64,000 nt of DNA, from contig JBGAUR010000001.1 in NCBI GenBank assembly GCA_044228545.1, positions 450-64,449 on the forward strand, in the 5' to 3' direction. The position numbers and the translations under genes were made by a program. Source of the DNA: Minisyncoccia bacterium (GTDB lineage Bacteria > Patescibacteriota > Minisyncoccia > Phycocordibacterales > UBA9973). Under the pieces are notes generated by a model. It saw only the letters and a program-made list of their open reading frames with translations. It searched no databases and was not told the origin of the DNA. Below, piece by piece: positions 47,537-56,463 of this stretch. Positions within the stretch are counted from its first letter, which is position 1; each line of letters starts with the position of its first letter.

Positions 47537-47665
47537 CTACTTGAAGCTTTTCTTAGACCAAAGTCCTTCTCCTATATTAGGAGGTGAGTCTTTGGATTGA
47601 AATTTTCTTCTCAGATACCACAGTGGTACTGAGAGAATGCGAACGAACTTTCTTAAATGTCTCAT
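47537..47665 (-). CDS. Small basic orphan ORF (42 aa)
   Basis: Own translation MRHLRKFVRILSVPLWYLRRKFQSKDSPPNIGEGLWSKKSFK; upstream TTGAAA..TGA-TAGTAT promoter. Confidence 0.3.
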   Translation of the reverse strand: MRHLRKFVRILSVPLWYLRRKFQSKDSPPNIGEGLWSKKSFK

Positions 47666-47782
47666 AAACCGGGAATTTAATTATTTAACTTATCAAGATA
47701 CTATCATAATGGATTTGATTTTCAAAATTAAATAAAAAACCCCCGACACATGGCCGGGGTATAAATGGAGATTGAGAAAAAA

Positions 47783-48775
47783 TTAAACTCTCAAACTTTT
47801 TTTGATTGATTCACTGACAATACTTGGAAAAGTATTTGCCACATTCAAAATAGGCACCACCACCTCTTCCTCCATAAATTGGCGAGAAGTCAACTGATCA
47901 GATGTCAAAATTTTATTTACGCCTTTTTCAGTACAACCACCTGGAGTGACAACACTTTCACGCAATTTGATTGTAGGATTTTCAACACCTTCTTTTATCA
48001 GAGTTCTTAATGCACTTATCGTACTACTAAAGGTGTTTAATGTTAGCTTCTCAGCTTGCGAAATGGTGTAATTTAAATTTCTTGAAGAGATTATACTAAT
48101 CGTAGATAAGTATTCCTTAATGACATGCTGAGGATCCTTTTGGTTAATCTCTTCAGGAAAGTTGAAACCAGATAGGGAATTTTCAGCACAGTTGAGCCAC
48201 TTCTCTAATGTCATACCAGATTGGTTTTTTGCAATATCAATTCCTACACAATGTAAGGCATTAAATGAACCTACACCTACTATTGAATTAATTATTTTCT
48301 CTGGTTTTCTCTCTATGAGGAGATTGTCTTCAACCAAAAAACGTAATAATTCTGAATCCCTGGTTGAGTGAACAATACCTGAACCGTATGCTATGTTGGT
48401 ATTGCATGTAGCAGATATGGTTCTGTGCGCCACACTCTCTGGTATGAAATTACTTATCTGTTCAGGCATTAAGCCTGAAGCAAAAGAAATAAATTCATAA
48501 CCAAACAATCTTTGCAAACCAACTTTGCTAATTCTGGTCAAGGTATCTCCACAACCTACTGGAGTAACAGCGATAATTATATGACTTGCTGTTGCAATCT
48601 CCTCCATATAGCGGGAGGTGTTTACTTTTTTTGAGAACCATTCTAAGTCGGATGTTTCCCTGCCTATTACAATAATCTGGCCTGGCCTAAACCCAGCTCT
48701 TAACAAACCCAGGGTTATGGATTTAGCCAATTTGCCGTTGCCAATAATGGCAATTCTGTAAGTACTCTTGTTCAT
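47783..48775 (-). CDS. Pyrroline-5-carboxylate reductase-like oxidoreductase (divergent)
   Basis: IAIIGNGKLA Rossmann, IIIAVTP, ISFASG, LRESVVTPGGCTEKG; likely start MNKST at 48775. Confidence 0.7.
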   Translation of the reverse strand: MNKSTYRIAIIGNGKLAKSITLGLLRAGFRPGQIIVIGRETSDLEWFSKKVNTSRYMEEIATASHIIIAVTPVGCGDTLTRISKVGLQRLFGYEFISFASGLMPEQISNFIPESVAHRTISATCNTNIAYGSGIVHSTRDSELLRFLVEDNLLIERKPEKIINSIVGVGSFNALHCVGIDIAKNQSGMTLEKWLNCAENSLSGFNFPEEINQKDPQHVIKEYLSTISIISSRNLNYTISQAEKLTLNTFSSTISALRTLIKEGVENPTIKLRESVVTPGGCTEKGVNKILTSDQLTSRQFMEEEVVVPILNVANTFPSIVSESIKKSLRV

Positions 48776-48827
48776 CTTAGTGAATTTAAGGGGGTTAGTG
48801 AATATTTTGAATAATTTTAAAAGAACG

Positions 48828-49010
48828 AAAATGAGCCACCTGATTTGGTGGCTCATTTTTATTTTTAATCATTTTTCAAGTGATAGATTAAACGCAAAAA
48901 TCAGCCATCAAATATGGTGTCAGGATTGTTCCCGGGATTTGATTATACTGATTTGTAAACTCGCGTTTCATACATTTACCAATATAGCGTATTTCGTATT
49001 AATAAGTCAA
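48828..49010 (-). promoter_or_regulatory. Leader-peptide transcription attenuator upstream of the proC-like gene
   Basis: Promoter 49010-48981; 27-aa leader 48971-48888; antiterminator 48896-48913; terminator 48828-48859. Confidence 0.6.
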
Positions 49011-49082
49011 TGGTCATAAGGTTTAGCTCTCTATTAAAAAACATACGAATCTGGTCGTGTGTTTTTTAAGGAAATTATAGGA

Positions 49083-49694
49083 CTATTTCAACGGCACAGT
49101 AACTGTAAGCTCTATGACCTCATTGGCAAATTTTTGATTGATGCCAAATTCTTTCATATCGATATTGAACTTAGAAGATAGCTCCTTATCAGATGACACT
49201 ACATCAAAGCTAACATTTTTAGAAATTCCGTGGGTAGTCATTACTCCAGAAAGTTTTCCATCTTTTAGAGAAGTTACCTTAAAAGTCGCAGTTGGATACT
49301 TAGCTACATCAAAAAAGTCAGCAGACTTTAGGTGTGGAGTTAATTTGCCTTCATTATCAGTTGAAAGTGAACTCATATCTACAACTACTTCACCTTCTAG
49401 ACTTCCTGAAGCTTCAAATGAGAGCTTAGAATCTATCTTAGCAAATGATCCATTGTGAACTTTTCCTGGACCAAAACCTTTGAATGAAATTTTTACATTT
49501 GTATTATCGATTTCTTTAACTTGAGTGACTGGCTTATTAATACTTTCATCTGCTACTACATTTTTATCCTCAGTTGTAGTGCTAACATCTGAGACAGTAG
49601 CAGCTGGCACTGATGCATCCGGTTTAGTCTGAATGCTATACCATACAACTCCACCTAGAACTAAAACAACCAAAACAATTAAAACTGATTTCAT
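49083..49694 (-). CDS. YceI-family lipid-binding protein
   Basis: HLKSADFFDVAKYPTATF, G.MT.HGI, EFGI; N-terminal TM. Confidence 0.88.
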   Translation of the reverse strand: MKSVLIVLVVLVLGGVVWYSIQTKPDASVPAATVSDVSTTTEDKNVVADESINKPVTQVKEIDNTNVKISFKGFGPGKVHNGSFAKIDSKLSFEASGSLEGEVVVDMSSLSTDNEGKLTPHLKSADFFDVAKYPTATFKVTSLKDGKLSGVMTTHGISKNVSFDVVSSDKELSSKFNIDMKEFGINQKFANEVIELTVTVPLK

Positions 49695-49820
49695 ATTCTA
49701 TTTAAAAATTTATTATTAATAGATTCCAATTATACATGATTTTATAGATAAATAAAAAAGAATCGCGGTGAAACGATTCTGCTACCATACAGGGTAGTGC
49801 TGTTTAATAAATTGGCAATG

Positions 49821-49928
49821 TTAATATCCAGATCCGTAAACGTCTGCATCTCCAAAGAGTGCACCCAGTACTAACAGAGAGATTATAAATAACCTCCAAA
49901 ACCAATTTTTTTCTAAAACTTTTTTCAT
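49821..49928 (-). CDS. Small single-TM peptide (35 aa)
   Basis: Own translation MKKVLEKNWFWRLFIISLLVLGALFGDADVYGSGY; TGT-TATAAT 8 nt upstream. Confidence 0.4.
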   Translation of the reverse strand: MKKVLEKNWFWRLFIISLLVLGALFGDADVYGSGY

Positions 49929-49965
49929 TTGTCTAAATTATAACATAATGTATAGAAAAAGCAAG

Positions 49966-50760
49966 CTATTTTAGCTCTAAAAATATAGGGCAGTGGTCTG
50001 AACCTAGAACATCTGATAGAATTTTTGCTGATTTAACCTTTGATTTTAGTTTCTCTGAAACTAAAAAGTAATCTATCCTCCAGCCAATGTTTCGAGCACG
50101 GGCATTTGCAAAATGACTCCACCAAGTGTAGTGACCATTCCCCTTTATAAATAACCTAAACGTATCCACGAATCCTGCATCAATAAAATTCTCAAAGCCT
50201 TTTCTTTCTTCATCAGTAAAACCTTTCTTACCCATATTTTCTTTTGGTCGAGCCAGGTCATCTGGTGTATGGGCAACATTCAAATCACCGGAGAAAATGA
50301 CTGGCTTCTTTTTTTGAAGTGTTTTCATGTACTCAAGAAATGCCTTATCCCACATATCATGACGCATATCTATACGAGAAAGATCGTCTTTTGCGTTTGG
50401 AGTGTAAACTGTGACAATATAAAAACCTTTAAATTCTGCTGCTATCACACGACCTTCGCCATTGGCATCTCCATATTTATCACTCAAATTTTTATATTTT
50501 TTCGCAATATCTTTTGGAATATCTAGTATTACTGATATTGGTTTTGTTTTAGTAAAAATAGCTGTACCACTATAACCCTTACGATTTGCGGAGTTCCAAT
50601 ATTCCTCGTAATCTCCTAGATCTACTTCTGATTGATGTTGTTCTGCTTTTGTTTCTTGTAAACAAATAATATCCGGCTTGTATTTTTTTACAAAAGGCAC
50701 AAAAAGATTCTTTTTGTGTACTGCTCGTATTCCATTTACATTCCAAGAAATTATTTTCAT
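49966..50760 (-). CDS. xth: Exodeoxyribonuclease III
   Basis: SWNVNGIRA, LQETK, GDLNVAH, GWRIDY, GSDHCP. Confidence 0.95.
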   Translation of the reverse strand: MKIISWNVNGIRAVHKKNLFVPFVKKYKPDIICLQETKAEQHQSEVDLGDYEEYWNSANRKGYSGTAIFTKTKPISVILDIPKDIAKKYKNLSDKYGDANGEGRVIAAEFKGFYIVTVYTPNAKDDLSRIDMRHDMWDKAFLEYMKTLQKKKPVIFSGDLNVAHTPDDLARPKENMGKKGFTDEERKGFENFIDAGFVDTFRLFIKGNGHYTWWSHFANARARNIGWRIDYFLVSEKLKSKVKSAKILSDVLGSDHCPIFLELK

Positions 50761-50931
50761 AAATATAGTTTACCAAATCTTAATAATAAAACTAATTTGA
50801 TTTTTTAAATATAAATTGATAGTGTAACTAAATATTGTACACACCTGGTTATTGTCTCCGGCCAAGGTGGAAGTCAAGCGAGACGGTAAATATATAAAAT
50901 GAAACATAGAGCCACCCTGGAGGAAGTGGCT

Positions 50932-51855
50932 TTATTTTTTACTGTGAAACTTTTTGTGTACATCGCGAAGTTGCTTGTCGGTTATGTGGGTATATATTTG
51001 TGTTGTAGCAATATTTGCATGTCCTAGCATCATCTGCACTGATCGAATGTCTGCACCATTGGAAAGTAGATCAGTGGCAAAGGAGTGACGAATGACGTGA
51101 GGTGTAACTTTTTTAGAAATTCCAGCTTTGATCGCATAATGTTTCACAATGCGCTCAATTGAGCGGGGAGTTAGGCGATTGCTTTTATTATTCTTTGATC
51201 CGTTGTGCGAATACTGTATAAAAAGTGGTTCTTCGAGATCTTTTCTACCTTTTAAATAATCCCTGATTGCGTCCTTTGCAGAATCTGATAGAAATACTAC
51301 ACGAACCTTTTCTCCTTTCCCACGAATTGAGAATTCATCTTTCGATAAATCGAGATCTCGATCGAGTGAACAAAGCTCAGATAGACGAAGCCCTGTCGAA
51401 AAGAATAATTCTAGCACGGCTTTATCACGCAAACCTTTTGTTGTGGTTTTATCAGGAGCATCCATAAGTCTTCCAAGTTCGTCGGTAGATATAAGATCAA
51501 GTGATCGCTCTTTAATCTTTGCAAGCTCTATCCGATCTGGGGGAAGCGATGTAACTTCGCGCTTCATCATATATTTAAGAAAAGATCGTAATGCAATTAG
51601 ATGATAATTCTGGGTATTTTTTTTTAGAGTACTAGCTTGTTGGCCACGGATTTTAATTCCTGGCTGACGATTTAGAAATAGTCTGAATTCGCGAATCTTG
51701 TCGTCAGTGATTTGTTTAGGGTCAGTAATTTTTGCAAATTCAAAAAACCTAGATAAATAATGGTCATAATTATTAACTGTCTTGAGACTATTTCCTTTTT
51801 CAATCTCTACATGTTCGAGGAACTCTCTTTTTAATTGTTCGAGTTTTGAAGCCAT
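50932..51855 (-). CDS. XerC/XerD-type tyrosine recombinase
   Basis: STGLRLSEL, GKGEKVR, TPHVIRHSFAT, MLGH, TTQIYTH. Confidence 0.9.
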   Translation of the reverse strand: MASKLEQLKREFLEHVEIEKGNSLKTVNNYDHYLSRFFEFAKITDPKQITDDKIREFRLFLNRQPGIKIRGQQASTLKKNTQNYHLIALRSFLKYMMKREVTSLPPDRIELAKIKERSLDLISTDELGRLMDAPDKTTTKGLRDKAVLELFFSTGLRLSELCSLDRDLDLSKDEFSIRGKGEKVRVVFLSDSAKDAIRDYLKGRKDLEEPLFIQYSHNGSKNNKSNRLTPRSIERIVKHYAIKAGISKKVTPHVIRHSFATDLLSNGADIRSVQMMLGHANIATTQIYTHITDKQLRDVHKKFHSKK

Positions 51856-51954
51856 AGAATGTCGCACAATAATTGTATCACATAACTTGGCTTAAATACC
51901 CTTATATAGAGGCCTCTTGCAATTTTTTCCAATATGTGCTAATATATGAGGACG

Positions 51955-52215
51955 ATGTTAACAACAAAGAAAAAGCAAAATATTATAAAGAAAAGCCAGA
52001 TTCACGACAAGGACACAGGATCTCCTGAAGTTCAGATTGCGATATTAAGTAAAAGAATCGATGAGCTTGCAAGTCATTTGAAGGAACATAAGAAAGATAA
52101 TCACTCTCGACGTGGACTTATCAAAATGGTTGCAGATCGTAGAAGTCATCTTAAGTACTTAGAAAAGAAAGATAAGACTCGCCACGCAACTCAACTTAAA
52201 ACATTAAAAGCATAA
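51955..52215 (+). CDS. rpsO: 30S ribosomal protein S15
   Basis: [23 protein letters not shown]. Confidence 0.96.
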   Translation: MLTTKKKQNIIKKSQIHDKDTGSPEVQIAILSKRIDELASHLKEHKKDNHSRRGLIKMVADRRSHLKYLEKKDKTRHATQLKTLKA

Positions 52216-52261
52216 CATCATGCCTCGCAAGGGGCATTTTGTTTTGGTACAATAAACATAT

Positions 52262-52768
52262 ATGAGCATAATAAAACATAAAGAGCAGAGAGTTGGTGTA
52301 TTTATTGATACAGCAAACCTCTATCATAGTGCTAAAAATCTATACAAACGAAAAGTAAATTTTGGTGCGGTACTTAAAGATGCAGTAGCAGGGCGAAAGC
52401 TTGTGCGCGCAACCGCATATGTCATAACTTCTGAAGGGGGTGAAGAAAAGAACTTTTTTGACGCACTTACTAAGCTCGGCATTGAAACTAAAACAAAAGA
52501 ACTACAAATCTTTGCCGGTGGAAATAAGAAAGGTGATTGGGATGTTGGAATATCAATTGATGCAGTTAAAATGGCACCTAGGCTTGATGCTGTAGTGCTT
52601 GTAGCAGGGGATGGTGACTTCGTACCGCTTGTAGAATATTTGCAGAGTACTTTTGGAGTACAAGTTGAAGTTGTCTCTTTTGGAAAAAGTTCTTCAATGA
52701 AACTAAAAGAACAAGCTGACGATTTCCTAGACCTCTCAGCTAACCCAAGAAAATACTTGATTTATTAA
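52262..52768 (+). CDS. NYN-domain (LabA/DUF88) PIN-like protein
   Basis: VFIDTANL, KGDWDV, AGDGDFVPL, ADDF. Confidence 0.9.
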   Translation: MSIIKHKEQRVGVFIDTANLYHSAKNLYKRKVNFGAVLKDAVAGRKLVRATAYVITSEGGEEKNFFDALTKLGIETKTKELQIFAGGNKKGDWDVGISIDAVKMAPRLDAVVLVAGDGDFVPLVEYLQSTFGVQVEVVSFGKSSSMKLKEQADDFLDLSANPRKYLIY

Positions 52769-52825
52769 ACCCAATCCTATAACATTCGGTTTAAGGTAAA
52801 TATCGCCGAAATTAAATCTCCTGTC

Positions 52826-53323
52826 ATGAAGATAACAATAACCCCATGCGTAGGTGGCTATAGTTTAGCTGTTTACAAAAATCGTACCTTTAACCCCCAA
52901 AAAATACTGTCTGAAGTTGCACCTCATTTAACCTGGATCGGCAAGCCAGAAGATGTGTATCTGGAGGAAAAATTCCAACTGGAATTGGTGTCATCTGAGA
53001 TAATCAATCCCTATGTCAAAACAAACGGGGAATTGAATTCAAATGCCGCCAGCATAATTCTGGCATTATCCCTCTATGCTGAACTTCCAAAAGAACTGGC
53101 TGCTGCACAAATACTCAGTATTGGTCAGTGTGTAAGGAGTTCAGAAAATGGGTTAGGCTATTTAAGCCTTATGAACGGAGGTATAAAATTCTCACCCCTG
53201 AACGCAGAAAGGAAGTACAAAGAAAAACCCTTGTACGCAGTTACCTGCGAAAGTATTGGGGCTGTATTTGTGAGCCCTTCTTTCATTAACGCAGACTTTT
53301 ACAACAATCCGGGTAGTGGTTAA
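52826..53323 (+). CDS. Hypothetical orphan protein
   Basis: 165-aa ORF followed by a GNRA terminator ATGGAGGC-GAAA-GCTTCCAT. Confidence 0.55.
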   Translation: MKITITPCVGGYSLAVYKNRTFNPQKILSEVAPHLTWIGKPEDVYLEEKFQLELVSSEIINPYVKTNGELNSNAASIILALSLYAELPKELAAAQILSIGQCVRSSENGLGYLSLMNGGIKFSPLNAERKYKEKPLYAVTCESIGAVFVSPSFINADFYNNPGSG

Positions 53324-53393
53324 TATTCCACTTAATAAAATATTCATGGAGGCGAAAGCTTCCATTTTTTATATTAAGTTATAGAATACAAAT

Positions 53394-54206
53394 ATGATAC
53401 AAAAACAAACCGAAAAAACATCTCTATATAAAGATTTAGAAAAAATGTCTTCTAAAAAGATTGCAGATAGTATAAACAAAGAAGATGGTAAAGTCAGCTT
53501 GGCAGTAAAGAAAAACATTAATGAGATCTCAAAAATTATTGATGTAGTGAGTGAGAAAATAAAAAAAGGTGGAAGATTGTTTTATATAGGAGCTGGTACA
53601 AGTGGTCGACTGGGGGTTCTTGATGCTTCAGAATGCCCTCCAACATATGGAATAAAGAAAGGAATTGTAGTAGGAATTATCGCAGGAGGTGATAAGGCTC
53701 TACGAGATTCTGTTGAATCTGCTGAGGATAGTTTAACTGGTGGATGGAAAGATTTATCTAAATTTAAAATCAATAAAAAAGATTTTGTTGTTGGAATTAC
53801 AGCTTCTGGCTCAACTCCATATGTCTTAGGCGCAATAGGTACTTGTAAAAAGAGAGGTATAAAAACTGCTGGGATATCTTGTAACAAGAACTCAAAATTG
53901 AGTGAAATATCTGATTATAAAATAGAAGCGGTTGTAGGACCTGAATTTGTAACTGGTAGTACTAGAATGAAATCAGGCACTGCGCAAAAGATGATTTTGA
54001 ATATGATATCAACTGGGGTAATGATAAAAATTGGTAGAGTTAAAGGAAACAAAATGGTTGATATGGCTCTATCAAATAAAAAACTTATTGAAAGAGGCGT
54101 AAGAATGATAATGTCAGAACATAAAATTGAAAAATCTGTTGCAGAAAAAATCCTACTAAAAGAAGGGAGTGTTAGAAAAGCTTTAGAGAAACTAAAAAAT
54201 AAATAA
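53394..54206 (+). CDS. murQ: N-acetylmuramic acid 6-phosphate etherase
   Basis: GAGTSGRLGVLDASECPPTYG, GPEFVTGSTRMKSGTAQK, GNKMVD. Confidence 0.95.
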   Translation: MIQKQTEKTSLYKDLEKMSSKKIADSINKEDGKVSLAVKKNINEISKIIDVVSEKIKKGGRLFYIGAGTSGRLGVLDASECPPTYGIKKGIVVGIIAGGDKALRDSVESAEDSLTGGWKDLSKFKINKKDFVVGITASGSTPYVLGAIGTCKKRGIKTAGISCNKNSKLSEISDYKIEAVVGPEFVTGSTRMKSGTAQKMILNMISTGVMIKIGRVKGNKMVDMALSNKKLIERGVRMIMSEHKIEKSVAEKILLKEGSVRKALEKLKNK

Positions 54207-54333
54207 TCTTGCGAAAGTAGTATTTTCTGCTATGCTTTGTATATATTACAAATAACCAGTTATTCTCTAGACGGATAGAGTTGAAACCGGACGTGTTTCA
54301 AAACTAGGGTCTGGAGAAAAGCTTATAAAAAAT

Positions 54334-56463
54334 ATGAATAGCAAAGAATACGAAGTAGAAATCGGTGGTAAGAAGATCACTGCGGTTTTTAGTGACTTAG
54401 CAGATCAAGCAAATGGTTCAGTGATGCTCAAATGCGAAGGTACTGTAGTTATGGCAACAGCTGTGATCTCAAAGAGTGGTGAAAATAATCCAGGCTTTTT
54501 CAACCTAACAGTTGAGTACTTAGAGAAGTTTTATGCTGCTGGAAAAATCTTAGGTAGTCAATTTAGTAAAAGGGAAGGGCGTCCATCTGACCAAGCAATT
54601 CTAGCGGCACGTGTCATCGATAGAACAATCCGACCTCTTTTTGATCACCATATAAAAAATGCAGTTCAAGTAATAATCACAGTTATTGCTATCGGTAAAG
54701 CAGATCCAAAAACTTTGGGAGTGAACGCTACATCTATCGCACTTAATATTTCAGACATACCTTGGAATGGGCCAATTGGAGGAGTCCATATAAGTAAAAC
54801 AAAAGAAGATAGTACTCTGAAAGTAAACAATTATATTCCGAGCGCAGATGAGCCAGTCTATGCTCTTGATCTAATGGTCTGCGGAAAAGATAGAACTATA
54901 AATATGATCGAGTCTATGGCTTTCGAACTATCTGATGAAGAGATGGGTCAGGGATTCGACATTGCAATCGAGGAGATAACAAAATGGGAAGCATTCCAAC
55001 AAAAACTCAGAAGTGAACTTGGTAAAGAAAAACTTTCATTTCCAAAGCCTGAAGCAACAAAAGATGTGGTTGACTTATTCAACGACAAAGTAAAATCAAT
55101 AATTGATGCTGGTATTTTTAGTAAAGATGGGAAGAAAGTTGCAAATGATGCAGAATCGCTTTGGAACAATATTTTAAAAGAGACATACAATGAAGAACAA
55201 AAAGAAGAAATCTATGTTGCACAGGATTACCTACATCACTATCTTGATAACATGTTTCATGAAAAAGCAATTGCAGAAAACAAACGCGCAGATGGTCGTG
55301 CACTAGATGAAGTTCGCGCTCTTTATGCAAAGGCTGGTGGTATTTCAGACGTGTTACACGGTTCTGGAATATTCTACAGAGGAGAAACTCATGTGCTATC
55401 AGTTCTCACACTTGCCGGTCCTGAGAGTATGCACACTATAGATGGAGTGGAATTCTCAGCAAAGAAAAGATTTATGCATCACTATAACTTTCCTCCATAC
55501 TCAGGCGGTGAAACAGGCCGTGTTGGAGGACTAAATCGCAGAGAAATGGGTCATGGATTTCTAGCTGAAAAAGCTCTTACACCTGTTATCCCAGAAAAAG
55601 TAAACTTCCCTTACACTATCCGAGTTGTTTCTGAATCAGTAGCTTCAAATGGATCAACATCTCAAGCTTCAATCTGTGCATCAACCGTAGCACTGATGGA
55701 TGGTGGAGTTCCTATAAAAACACCAGTTGCAGGAATCTCAATCGGTGCGATGATTGACACTGCTGATAAGAATAAATATGTATTGTTAACAGACATACAA
55801 GGTCCAGAAGATCACTATGGAGATATGGACTTCAAAGTTGCTGGAACAAAAGATGGTATCACGGCAATACAGCTTGATGTAAAAGTTGATGGAATTCCGT
55901 TAAACATCCTAAAAGAAGCACTTAATCGTGCAAAAGTTGCTCGTCTAAAAATTCTCGAAACTATTACAAAAGAAATATCTACTCCTCGCGCATCTATATC
56001 ACCAAATGCGCCGATGATAGTAGTTACAAAAGTAAAGAAAGAACAGATAGGACTTGTTATTGGTCCAGGAGGAAAAAATGTAAATGCAATTCGTGAAGAG
56101 ACTGGAACTGAAATTACGATCGAAGAAGATGGTACTGTATTTATAACAGGTAAAAACGGCGGAGCAGAAAAAGCAAAGAAGATAATTGAGGATATGACTC
56201 ATGAATACGTTGTAGGAGAACTAGCAAATGGAGAAGTTGTGAAGATAATGGACTTTGGTGCTTTTGTTAAAATAAATGCAGATACGGAAGGGTTAGTACA
56301 TGTATCTGAAATCGCACCATTCCGAGTTGAGAAAGTTTCTGATATCCTTAAAGAAGGAGATGAAGTTCCAGTAAAAATAATTAAAGTGGACGAGAGAGGA
56401 CGTCTTAACTTATCAATTAAAGAAGCGAACTCTGATTTCTTTAAGCCAAATGGAGGAAAATAA
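54334..56463 (+). CDS. pnp: Polyribonucleotide nucleotidyltransferase
   Basis: REGRPS, DRTIRPLF, HYNFPPYS, RREMGHG, GDMDFKVAG, KH and S1 domains. Confidence 0.97.
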   Translation: MNSKEYEVEIGGKKITAVFSDLADQANGSVMLKCEGTVVMATAVISKSGENNPGFFNLTVEYLEKFYAAGKILGSQFSKREGRPSDQAILAARVIDRTIRPLFDHHIKNAVQVIITVIAIGKADPKTLGVNATSIALNISDIPWNGPIGGVHISKTKEDSTLKVNNYIPSADEPVYALDLMVCGKDRTINMIESMAFELSDEEMGQGFDIAIEEITKWEAFQQKLRSELGKEKLSFPKPEATKDVVDLFNDKVKSIIDAGIFSKDGKKVANDAESLWNNILKETYNEEQKEEIYVAQDYLHHYLDNMFHEKAIAENKRADGRALDEVRALYAKAGGISDVLHGSGIFYRGETHVLSVLTLAGPESMHTIDGVEFSAKKRFMHHYNFPPYSGGETGRVGGLNRREMGHGFLAEKALTPVIPEKVNFPYTIRVVSESVASNGSTSQASICASTVALMDGGVPIKTPVAGISIGAMIDTADKNKYVLLTDIQGPEDHYGDMDFKVAGTKDGITAIQLDVKVDGIPLNILKEALNRAKVARLKILETITKEISTPRASISPNAPMIVVTKVKKEQIGLVIGPGGKNVNAIREETGTEITIEEDGTVFITGKNGGAEKAKKIIEDMTHEYVVGELANGEVVKIMDFGAFVKINADTEGLVHVSEIAPFRVEKVSDILKEGDEVPVKIIKVDERGRLNLSIKEANSDFFKPNGGK

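Noticed and set aside
49935-49962. dif-like sequence (TAACATAATGTATA)
   Set aside because: Only a partial half-site; better explained as the -10 region of the small TM ORF
50932-51855. Recombinase as prophage or integron integrase
   Set aside because: Looks like housekeeping XerC/D; no phage genes, attC arrays or obvious IntI insertion nearby
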